Below, piece by piece: positions 52,742 through 64,000 of a stretch of DNA of 64,000 nucleotides; within the stretch, counting starts at the first letter, position 1, and every line of letters starts with the position of its first letter. Made by a program: the position numbers and the translations under genes. Source of the stretch: Azolla caroliniana. Its lineage: Eukaryota; Plantae; Polypodiophyta. Under the pieces are notes generated by a model. It had not been told where the DNA came from. It did not search any database and saw nothing but the letters and a program-made list of their open reading frames with translations. The stretch spans positions 23,126,001-23,190,000 of the forward strand of contig JBHGNT010000005.1 in NCBI GenBank assembly GCA_043228905.1, written 5' to 3'.

Positions 52742-54058
52742 TCTTTTTTCCCATAAAAAATATGCTCCATTGGTATTAACATTAAAGGAAACTATATACA
52801 TATATTGTGTTGCATCTATTCAAAACTAATACAACCACTCCTCGGCATATCCATAGTCTTTATAGCCTCTTTTTAGTGCATTCCATGCGACGATATTTGA
52901 AACCATAATTGTGCTAAATGTTTTTTGCACCGTTTCTCCATTCGAGCATATCTCGAAATTAAACTAGACCATTCAAAAGGACTTCTTGCTTGTCTTATGG
53001 CAAAGACTTGTTAAGCTTCAAGCATACTTCTCAATAAGGCAGTTGTTTGTGTGACCTCCATGTATTACGAGGAAATTTGAACATGAAATTTGTTCCCTTT
53101 CTATATATCTCCCATGTTGCCACATGCTTTCAACATATCAGAAAATGTCATCATGTTAGGTAAGAGGCCTTGCACCAGCATTTGAAGATAGAGTTGTGTA
53201 GCATCCTCATTCTTATCATGCTCAATATAGCCCAATAACATGACAGTCCATTGTACCACATCTCCAACCAACAATAATCCATCAAAAGGCTCTCGGGCTT
53301 CAATTATTGGTTCACATTTACTATACCAACAAACGGATCTTTTTCAAATCCTTCTTTTGCATTATCACCATGTAATTCCCCTCCTCTTGTTAGAGACTCT
53401 ACACCAAAACAAGCTTTCAAGAAGCAAACAAATCAAGCAAAATTCTTCTACTTGCATTTGTTCCAGTCCATAAAACAACTGCTTTTCGAGCCCATAGTCA
53501 GTATATCCAGATGCAATCACATTCCATTATCAAACTACATTTGATGTACATATCAATCAAATAGTCCCACAAGCATTTAGGATATGTGACAGTATCTGGG
53601 GCAATGCCATCATTTTGAATATGTTTAAAATGGTCCAACTTTGTGGCCTTGACCTTATTTAGCATACTCAGCAATAAGTGCAGTCCAAGAGACTATACTC
53701 AAATAGGAACCTGTCGAAGCACTTTCTGAGATTTTACAAACTCTCCATATTTGGCATGCATTGCTAAAAAAAGGAGAGTGTTGTCTCTCTCACTATATCC
53801 TTGTTCCACATGTTCTATAGTCACTATATTGCATGAAATTGTATCTTTCATAGAAAGATCATCAAAAAATCTTGTGTTGTTTAGAGGAAACCACATTTGG
53901 CCTACATACCCACTAAAGTATTGGCAATGATATTACACTACCCTTTCTTCACAGTCTCGGCATGTATTACACTACATTGATTGATGTCTCGAGTATCACC
54001 ACAAACTTTCAAGCCAGAAACAAGCACACATGTATTTGGCAAGATATTATGTGTTTGC
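52742..54058 (-). pseudogene. Retroposed, 5'-truncated, degenerate PLS-PPR fragment with LINE-like 3' tail
   Basis: PPR remnants (LKVCG...NTLVGMxAKCG, MHAKYG...IVSWTALIAEYA, IVAWNAL); 17-bp TSD ATATCCACG(G/A)TATCTTT at 52725-52741 / 54059-54075; A-rich tail on minus strand. Confidence 0.85.
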
Positions 54059-54075
54059 ATATCCACGATATCTTT

Positions 54076-55830
54076 ACACTATATCTTGCACAATATAAAA
54101 GTAGTAGCCCTAAGTTGGACAACTAGAAATATCATTCTTGTACCCACTTAGTCGATAAACTTAGCCCAGTCATGCAAGTATTATATCTATCGGCAATGTA
54201 CACAAATATTTGTTCTTGCATATGATAGGATGTCCATGCAAAAAATACAAAGATTGTAGAAAAATCTCGAGGTGTGAGCACCCAAATACCAAAGATGTTC
54301 ACTTTCGCAAATCCTTCTCCAGGTAGATGTTTAAATTTTGGAGCATACATAGCCCATCCCTATGCATAGAGAGAGATTCGTGCTTCCATAGCATCCTCGG
54401 CACTTCAATGGTGAGCATTGAGTGATATACACATTATCCTTCCCTAAGAAGATGTTCATTTTCTACTTCATACCTATCGCATGCATAATTTCTTAGTTCT
54501 TATCTCAATATTGGATATGAAAACCAAAATTTTAGGATGTTCTTGCAAAGCAAGGGATGAATGAATATTAAAGACATTCATTGTAGCATGATAGACAAGT
54601 TGTTGTGCATGTAGTTGCAAACTTCTTGTATGAGCATTGATTTAACTTTCCCATGGCTTTGAAATAAGCAATATCATTTCTAGATTAGCAAAGATCTGGT
54701 CTTTATCCAAACAAACATTGAAATTAGAATCTCGATGAGGAATACAGCATCCAACGACAAAAGTGGGCATATCATTTGGTGTTTCTAGTTTAAGCCATGT
54801 GTAAGATTTATGCTCATTATCTTTTTACGATCAACATATATTTCTCTAATTCCATCTTAATCAAATATGTCGTCTCTCGTTGTCCTCTTTGTTTGCTTGG
54901 ATTTTCAACCATATAAAGGAAGGTGCATTGTAGTTGCCCAAACATTAAATCCTTTGAGTATCATACTCTCGTCTTTCAATGAGAAGTATGATATCCAATT
55001 CTTTGGTAAAGTCCTCTATGTCAAACCTAGCATTCCATGGCCATCCCTTACCATTTCAAAACAATAGGCATAGAATACGTGAATCGGTCCCATAGTGTCC
55101 CTATTTGCTTATCTTTTATTCTCTTAGGCACATCTTTAACCTTATTTTTCAGATTTTCTTCATATGTTTTATGACAAGCATTGTGTTGTAAGACAATACG
55201 ATCCTCGCTCATATTGTGTACCTTTGAGGTACACTTAATTGTTTTCAATTATGACCTTTCGCTTTGTATTATTATCCATTATGCATACAATAGGCCTTTT
55301 CTGGAATGAGCAACAATATGTTTCCCAACTTGGTGTGCCCCATACACATTCATAACCTAACACATCATAGTGCATGTTAAAGAAATCACTAATGACCTGC
55401 CCGAGGGATGCACGTGTTTCCATATTCTCCTCTCTAATCCCACAAATGACAATATTATTTTACCTATGTTCGTGTTGTTTCATTCTTGGACATCTATACC
55501 TTCAAAGTCTTTTTCATGATTCATTGCATCCGTAATACTCGAGATAGAGACTACATCCCCACTACACACATCAACCCATCACTTTCTTGTGCATACATTT
55601 TTCAATTCACTTACATCCCATCCCATATTGTCAACATTTTTCCTCCTTCAATGAAGATTTATCACATTATCTCATGCCATCTTTAAGTTTTGCAACAATT
55701 TCCTTACGATTGTCATTCTCAATAACAATAATTTGTACTTCAGAATTCTCGTTCAGGAGTGCCCTAATCTAATCTCTTTGCCTTGTTTGTTTATGGTCAT
55801 CTCGGTTCATTAGAGAGAGAGAGAGAGATG
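54076..55830 (-). mobile_element. Highly degenerate LINE 5' part (ORF1/endonuclease)
   Basis: GWPWNARF...LDIILLIE near 55045-54975 parallels NCRGYPWDKG...LVETWE at 26140; preceded by (TC)n on the minus strand. Confidence 0.5.
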
Positions 55831-55942
55831 TATGCAAATTCATAGAAAGTTATGGACAGTAGGTTATCCGAAAAATTGTCAGAGACTTTTGGCTAGGCCA
55901 ACCGCCCTACGAGAACAAATTCGTGAATCATGAAGCATTCAT

Positions 55943-55972
55943 CCATCCATCCATACATACACACGTACACAT

Positions 55973-56021
<49 letters not shown>

Positions 56022-56209
56022 TACATACATTATTACATACATACATACATACATACACACACATACATATACATACATACATACATACATACATACATAC
56101 ATACATACATACATACATACATACATACATACATACATACATACATACATACACACACATACACATACATACAAACATATATACATACATACACCACACA
56201 TACATACAT
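55943..56209. repeat. (CA)n/(CATA)n compound microsatellite
   Basis: Directly visible; continues at 60609-60740 on the other side of the TIR element. Confidence 0.95.
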
Positions 56210-56989
56210 GCCGTGGTGTCTAAATACCTCCAAAAATTGAAGAGGGCAAGTGAGGGAATCGCAGAGAGGGACGATGCAGGTCGCTCAGCCGAGGGCACAT
56301 GCGATTTGCACCGTCCGATGTGGGGAAAAAAAATGCGCGAATAAATCGTCACTTACTGGGGAGCCTGGCTAGGAGCCCCGTTGTTTCATAACCTCTGTAA
56401 CTAGGAGCCCGACTCTGTCAAAAGGAGCCCCGCTACTTGACAACCTTTGTCACCAGTAGCCCGACTCTATCAAAAGGAGCCCCGCTTCCTAACAACCTCT
56501 GTCACCAGGAGCCCGACTCTGTCAAAAGGAGCCCCGCTCATTATTAATGAGCACTGATTATAAAAACCCTGAATCACTCATTTTGAACCTATTTTGAAAA
56601 GAGAGTTTTTGGGTATTTGGAGGGAAGAATAAGAGAGGAGCACCACTTTCCACCAAAATCAGAGAGGCTCACCACTTTCCGCCAGAATCCGAGAGGAGCA
56701 CCACTTTCCGCTAGCGAGCACTTCCCAACCACCTACATTCAATTTGCAAAATGAAGGCAATAATAGGTATGTATTTTCATGGTTATTTTTATTTTTTACA
56801 TCGTTTAGGGTTTCTTTTCATTTGCATTTGATCACATGGTTCCATATTCTAACATGGGGAGAGACTTAGTTGTTCCATTTTTCAAATGTATCATATAAAT
56901 GCATTGTAACAATTATAATTTCAACATCAATATGACGAAATGTTGAGGAGGAGCCCAATAGTCTATTGTGACCTGTTGAATAATCCACC

Positions 56990-57190
56990 GACGGTCAACT
57001 TGAAGACATTGGGTGATTTGGTGATACGTCATATCTCTACTGTTGCACCCAACCATTGCATCATTAGCGATGAGCGGCATCATGTATTGCATATCCTAAC
57101 CCAACCCGATGGGATAGATTGTGGGTTTTACGTGATGCTTACAATTTGGATGATGGTTGAGGAGTTCATTCAAGGAATCTCCAATTCAAC
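56990..57190 (+). pseudogene. Ulp1-like (C48) cysteine protease C-terminal fragment
   Basis: QPDGIDCGFYVM matches the QxDGxDCG catalytic motif. Confidence 0.6.
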
Positions 57191-58246
57191 AGATTTTGTA
57201 AGTATGGCCCAAGTATTGAATAATGGCATTTGTTACTGTAAGAGCTGCAACAAATGTGTGCATTGGTGTAGGGTAAGGAGCAATGGTTTGGATTCGAAGA
57301 TGTGGAGCTCCTTCGAAAACGTTGGCAAAATGGGCACGTTGGATTTTGGGCATTCCCATATATTAACCAAAGGAAATGTTATACTTTGTAACATAAAATA
57401 TATGATATCGGTGTATTATCAAGCTTTTTTGTAACAATGCTATAAATCTTTTTAGTACGTTGGAACCAAGGCTGCCAACCTTTTTTGCATATTGTAACCA
57501 AGGCAACTTGACTGATCGTGGCCTATTGTAAATGGTTGATTTTGTAATATGGCATCTATACGTCTTGTGTATCTTCTTCTTGCCTCTTATTTGTAACATG
57601 GATGTAAAGCTTGTTTATATGAAATTATTTGTATACAGGCTGATGAGTTTTGATTCTGTTCAAAGGATGGAGTTTTGATTTTTCGGTTTTTGTATGCAAT
57701 GGATTTTGTTTAGAGGATATGATTAATTGACAACATGAGTAATGCAATGGAATTACTTATGATACACTCTTATGCCAATGGATTTACTTATGATCTACTC
57801 TAAGGGTGATGATCTACTTCTGTATAACCAAAACTGATGATGATGTATATGGATTTTGTAATATCAAAATCAATATTTGAATCTCATTTTGGTTGTATCT
57901 GACTCAATGTGGAGTCAAATCTGTTTTATAGTTCTGTTTGGTGTTCTTTGATACAATAACTTGTGCCTTCATATATTTGCCTTTATTAAACATTAAACTG
58001 AGTAAGACCTTGAGGAGTTTGAGACATTGGATTAAGCCTTCTATTTGATTATCACTTTATTATACTTAGCCCATGATACATATTGTTAATATAGTCTCAC
58101 AGGTTATCAATCTCTATGCATAAAAAATGCCACTAGATCTCCAATGACATTAAGTTTCAAGTTTCAAATAAGGGTTAATGTTGAAAATTCTGTTTAAAAT
58201 CCTCAAAAATCATTATGTTATGTTTATATATTTTTTACACAAGTTT

Positions 58247-59423
58247 TTTTTTTTTTTTTCCATAAAAATTATGCTCCATTGGTATTAAAATTAAAAAGGC
58301 AAGAGGTATACAAATAGACTATAATATTTTCCATGTCTACAAGTTATATCATCAAAGAAAGGACCAAATATAAGTGGTGGCATTTGGCAAGATAAAGATA
58401 ATTATAAACTATGAAAACAAATCTCTTGCCAATAACACCTTTGCTATACCACATACAAAGGGGATATACTCGGGGACCCTATCGTCAATCTCCCCATAAC
58501 CACACAAATTCCCGCAGTCAAAGAGAATACATTTCTTGTTGGTAGTTCTGCTCAACATATATACCCTGTTTGTCCACAAGATATTGCTTTTGGCAAATTT
58601 TTGTATATCAAGGCCTTCTTCATTTGTTGCAGTTGAAGACACCAAACAGTCCATAATGCACATGTCATGATTGGCCGCCTTGGACAACCCCCATCTATCC
58701 TCTCGCATGACGAAACGACCATGTCCTTCATCGCCACGATCATTGAAAATATATTTGTATTGAATCTCCATACCATCAACACTCTGGTTTATCACAACAA
58801 CCATGCGCCGGTTACACCACAATCATCTACCCAAGTCATGATAGTCGGCTTCGACCCCCCCACCATCTTCACTCATCCTTATCACAGAAGAATTCCTTTA
58901 TTTAGTCTACATCAGTCATCTTGTCGATTAACATCTTGCCAATGCCAATGTTCACGAAAATCCTGTGTTAATAACAAAAAATTAGTCCAAAAGTTTCCTC
59001 GCCCACTCCTGATAGTCGGCTTCGACCCCCCCACCATCTTCACTCATCCTTATCATAGAAAAAATTCTTCATTCAGTCCACATCAGCCATCTCGCCAATT
59101 AGCATCTTGCCAATGTCCCCGCAAATCCTGTATTAACAACAAAAAATTAGTGTAAAAGCTTCCTCACCCACTCATGATAGTCAGCTTCGACCTCCCCACC
59201 ATATTCACTCATCCTTATCACAGAAAAAATTTCTTCGTTCAGTCCACATCAGCCATCTCAGCGATTAGCGTCTTGCCAATGTCCACGAAAATCCTGTATT
59301 AACAACAAAAGATTAGTCTAAAAGTTTCCTCACCCACTCCTGATAGTCGGCTTCAACCCCCCCACCATCTTCCCTCATCCTTATCACAAAAAATTCTTCA
59401 TTCAGTCCACATCACCCATTGTG
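58247..59423 (-). mobile_element. Poly(A)-tailed retroposed cassette nested in the TIR element
   Basis: 18-bp TSD TATTTTTTACACAAGTTT (58229-58246 / 59424-59441); poly(T) on plus strand to 58259; 3' tail shared with 52742 insert. Confidence 0.85.
58839..59415. repeat. ~167-bp tandem repeat, about 3.5 copies
   Basis: TGATAGTCGGCTTCGACCCCCCCACCATCTTCACTCATCC recurs at ~58839, 59010, 59175 and 59341. Confidence 0.9.
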
Positions 59424-61246
59424 TATTTTTTACACAAGTTTGTATCTATGAACTAAAACTACATATTGGGGCATCTTTATATGACATCTTTTTGCTGATT
59501 TTTTCTCACATTGCTATATTTCTTTGTGAAGCGAACATAAATCACAACTTTGTTATGTTATACATGTAGCTGCACTGAAAAGGCCATCATGGTAATATCT
59601 CAATGTTCTTATATGAATAGCCATTGATTTATTATATGGATTTTGGGTGTGTTAAACCAAGGATTTTCTGTTCAATGCTCAAAGGGTCAAAATTCAATCT
59701 TATAGACAATCCTACAAGAATACTAATATATGAGTTCAATACATGCTAAACTGTCCTATTATCATGAGATATTGTAGTTGAGTAATGGTATAAAAGAATG
59801 AAACACTTCTATTGAATTCAGGTGTTAAGAGAGAATGGAGTAGAATAGAATCTATTCTTATTTTCCATTCAACAAATTCCGATCTATGGGAGCAATTAAA
59901 CATGTCATCATATATGTGATCCCTTATGAAGGGGGTTTGCTATTTTGTAGTTAAAAATTGTGTGAAGGTAATTAATGTGCTTATATGCTCATCCTTCTTG
60001 GTGGGATTTGAGTATCATGCTTCTCTAGTACGGCATCATACTTATTGCATCCGATGATCATGTGAGAATGATATTCACCATCCACGAGGTTTTCTATGCA
60101 TACCTTGTATATATTCAAAATTGGGTAGTATTATATTGATACTGGTACTCTAGAGGGATATATGTATGAAAATTTATTTTTACACCCTAATATGGAATCT
60201 TTCATGTGGAATTGAAATGTTATAGGTGCCACTGTTTTTTGTACTGTTTAGACAACGGGGCTCCTTTTGACAGAGTCGGGCTCTTGGTGACAGAGGCTGT
60301 GAGACAACGGGGGCTCCTTATGATAGAGTCGGGCTCTTAGTGACAGAGGCTGTCAGACAGCAGGGCTCCTTATGACAGAGTCAGGCTCCTGGTGACAGAG
60401 GCTATCAGACAACGGGGCTCCTTATGACAGAGTCGGGTTCTTGGTGGCAGAGGTTGTCAGAGAGTCGGGCTCCTAGTGACAGACGTTGTCAGCTTTTTAT
60501 CCAAATTGGACGGTGGAGATCGCATGCACCATCAGATGAGCGACCTACACCGTCCGCGCCCGCGATTCCCTCACTTGCCCTCTTTAATTTTTGGTAGTAG
60601 TTAGTCACATACATACATACATACATACATTATTACATGCATACATACATACATACATACATACATACATACATACATACATACATACATACATTATTAC
60701 ATGCATACATACATACATACATACATACACCACACACACACAACACGCTTTTATAAACTTTGCACGTTTATCTCTCACAAACACAGAGATACAGAAAAAC
60801 AGAGACACAGAGACACAGAGACAGAGCAAGTCATAACGTGGCTCATTGGAATACCATGGAATGTCGAAGAAATGATTCCTCAAAGTCTCCGCCCAGGAAT
60901 TGAAACCCTAACTTCTAAATTTTTTTCTTCATCCATGTTCAGGTTCGATCAGGAAAACCCTAATTGTTTTAATTTTTACGTTTGTTTTTCTGGGTTCAGG
61001 AACCACCGAAAAATCCCATTTCTCAGAATGTTTTCTCTGTGTTTCCTGAATAATGCCTTTTTCCTTTCTTAAGAACCCTTAGATTTTTCACTTCGTTTGT
61101 CTGTTTTGTTTCGGTAACCCTGATTGTTTTGTTTGTTCGGAAACCCTAACGTGTACCTTTCTGTATGTTGCTTCTTGTCTCTGTTGTGCAGAAAACCCTA
61201 GCACATGCACAAAGGCAGTATTCCATTCCTCCATTGATTTCAGGAG

Positions 61247-64000
61247 ATGGCCATCAACGCCGCACTTGGAGCTTCAAAGATTCTCATCATCCTGGGTGCT
61301 AGTGAGTAATCTTTTCTTCCTCCTTTTGCTCTAATTAAGCCTTTTCTGCTGATGTTTCTATTGTAGTTAATCTCAAATTAAATCTAATTCAAGTAATGCC
61401 TTTTAACTTTTCTCTTTGGTAAATATAAACATGATGTTTCTATTGTAATTAGGACTTTTGTTGTTGTTTATCTCTGTTTCATTCTCATTGAAGGAAAATT
61501 TTTGGTAGGCACAATGAATTGTAACTTTTATCCTCTTCATCAATGGGTGAATCTCTACAAAGCAAGCCCTTATAAATTGGATATGTTATAATGTGATTAT
61601 GAGTTTGGCTGAGTTAGCCCTAAACATATGTATACTTTTTGCCCTAATCAAGCGTTTTTTGTCAATTAACTTTAGATCCTTCTCTCAGAAGAATCCATTT
61701 GGTTGCCCTTATGCTTTTCTGCAATTTAACTTTATCTATCTTTAACCCATGGCTGTATCTCAACATAGAAAGCCCTTGAAATAATTTGTTGGAATGAATA
61801 AATTCTCTAAATGTTTACAGAAAAGAGCTCTTCCTGATGTTTTGCTGTTTGCCATTAAATAGAATGCCAAGCCTAAGATGTGAACAAGAAACAAGTGTTT
61901 TTTAATGGATACTGAGTTTGTCAATCGTTTGCTTCATGCTATGTTGTCATGAAATTGTGTATCAGTCTTTCCTTATGTTTTGTTGCCGTTGCATTTGACA
62001 GGTGTGGCAGGATCCATTCTTGTTCAAAATGGAAGTCTGTCTGATTTTGTTAACGACACATACACGGTTCATATTTTCTGACAGTGAAAGTTATAGTTTA
62101 CTCAGATCAGGACCTCATAGGAAGTAGTAAATGTTTGTTTGGTTCTTTGTCAATTTGTTCTCCAGGTTCTGGTGAAACATCTAAAGAATGACACTCAATC
62201 TGGCAAACAGAGCTCTCTGGATCCTAGTATTTTAGCACAGGTATTCATGAAAAGGATACAACAAATAGAGGCGGGTTTTTGAACTCTAAACATTCTTGTG
62301 CTTTTATGCAGCTCAACAAACTAAAACTAGAATTGAGACATTTGGCTTCAGAGAGAGGTTCAATAACAGTTGTATCAGGAAGCTCTAGATCAAATGGTGA
62401 GATTATTTCTGAAATATTTTAACGAAATATCCTAATATTGTTGAGATTATACTTCATGCGAACTTCAACACCAAGTTTTGAATTTTTTTTTCTGCTATTA
62501 TTTGACTATCATTAGGCATAATGTTGTTGCACTTAAGTTCTGTGTTTGGATTTTCATAAGTTGGTTTCCTTTTGAGGTTGGTGAAAGATAATTAATATTT
62601 ACAGATGGTGCAAGACACCTATATTTTAATAATAGAAGACAATTTGTATTTAATTTTTCATAGAGAAAGTGGCATATGAGGATTTTGTCGCAGATTTTTT
62701 CATTATATCCATGAGAAATACTTGATGGGGAGTTTGGTTCGATAAATGACTAAGATCTGTGTATATTAGGTTCTCCAACTTCACCATATCATCAACAAAT
62801 TATGGGTTTTAATGAGGTTCTTGACAACGGACATGTAGAGATTACAGGATTTACTAACTAGTTTCTCCGAGCATAAAAATTATGGAAATAATTATATAGA
62901 CAATCTGACGACTGGCCAAGACTTGTCTATTGATATAGCAAGGAATTAATCATATGCTTCTCATTGGGAATGTCTCGTATGCTACAGTGTAGCTGCATGA
63001 CCTAAAATAGAATGAATATGATAAAAACGAGTGTGTTGATTTGAGTTAGTGATTGATACTCCAAGTTTGCTAGTATTGTCTGTCAGGCAATTTTCCAAAT
63101 TGGAAGCAACTTTGAATCTCATTACATCAGAGCATCCTTGATCCCAGCTACGTCAAACACGCTTCAACTAAATTTAGTCTATGTATTATTGCTATTTGTA
63201 TTGAACCTTGTGTCAAGTTACATAGCAAAAAGGATGTTTGTGCTCTCGAGATTGTCTTTCTGGATTATTAGTGTTAAGTACTTGATTTGGTCCATGCAAG
63301 CGATAAGAAAAGTTTTCCATTTCATTTTGATGAACTGCAGGTGCGTTTTTATCAGTTGGGGTGCCAGCATTGCTTCTTGGTGCCACTGGCTATGGTTATA
63401 TGCGCTGGAGGGTATGATAATGCTCCTTAAACTATTATAACTAAGATTTGAACAGAAGAGATTTGACACATGGGGCACACATCCAAGGCATCTAAAGATA
63501 GAATGAAAATTTCATTCAGGGTTTGTCTCTGTCAGATTTGATGTATGTGACAAAACGTGGCATGTCAGATGCTATTTCAAGTGTTTCCCAGAATCTTGAA
63601 CAGGTTACCACTGCATTATCAGTAAGTGGCAGAAGGTGAAGCTGGGTTGACTGTATTTCAGCTACATTTAACCTTAACTTATTTTCCTTAACTAATCAGA
63701 TGTCTATTTTCAGGCAGCAAGGAGACATTTGAATTCCAGGATAGACAAGCTTTCGGGTAGTTTAGATCAGAATATGGAACTCCAAGGGGAGTTGAGAAAT
63801 GAGGTGCCCTTCTGATTTCATTGTGTGATTGAATATTATTTTAAATTCTTAATATTTTTGTAACTTTAGGGAATCTTTAATAATTCTGATTAAAAAAACC
63901 ATCAAAATTTCTGAAATGACTTAAAAAAAACTCCTTGGTTCATTGTTTGTCTTAAGAAGTACACCTTGAAATTCTAGGTTGGCAACTTACGTGGAGATGT
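61247..64000 (+). CDS. DUF1664-family protein, 5' part (incomplete at window end)
   Basis: Exons 61247-61301, 62002-62066, 62166-62240, 62312-62397, 63341-63411, ~63520-63621, 63714-63803, ~63978-; MAINAALGASKILIILGA, GSILVQNGSLSD, GYGYMRWRGLSLSDLMYVTKRGMSDA. Confidence 0.82.

Larger units (their letters stand above)
56216..60608. mobile_element. Long-TIR MULE-like DNA transposon (non-autonomous) inserted in (CATA)n
   Basis: ~115-bp imperfect TIRs (GTGTCTAAATACCTCCAAAAATTGAAGAGGGCAAGTGAGGGAATCGC... vs reverse complement at 60495-60608); inverted ~55-bp subterminal GGAGCCCCGACTCTGTCA repeats at 56360-56540 and 60250-60490; no transposase seen. Confidence 0.8.

Noticed and set aside
55893-56352. 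His/Thr- and MYVC-rich ORFs (also 60591-60883)
   Set aside because: Translation artefacts of (CATA)n/(CA)n microsatellites.

Overview
Eukaryotic land-plant nuclear DNA, most consistent with a seed-free vascular plant such as a fern. That assignment is inferred from the PLS-PPR genes, Tcn1-like gypsy elements and dense (AG)n/(CATA)n microsatellites. Four host genes are present: an 18-exon DENN-domain gene (+), a plastid HSP90C-type chaperone (+), an intronless PLS-class PPR gene (-) and a DUF1664-like gene running off the window (+). They sit among nested transposons: gypsy remnants, a young full-length Ty1/copia with 54-bp LTR repeats, solo LTRs, hAT non-autonomous elements, several LINEs and a long-TIR MULE-like element carrying a Ulp1 fragment. 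The most notable signal is two TSD-flanked, A-tailed retroposed inserts: a PPR fragment at 52742-54058 and an unknown cassette at 58247-59423. Both end in the same ~30-nt 3' tail, which also closes the L1-type LINE at 8357-10471. This suggests LINE-tail-mediated retroposition of cargo, including PPR sequence. Also seen are a Tf1-like self-priming PBS, a twin-priming 5'-inverted LINE and a triplicated first exon of HSP90C. All calls were made by eye; no database searches were run.
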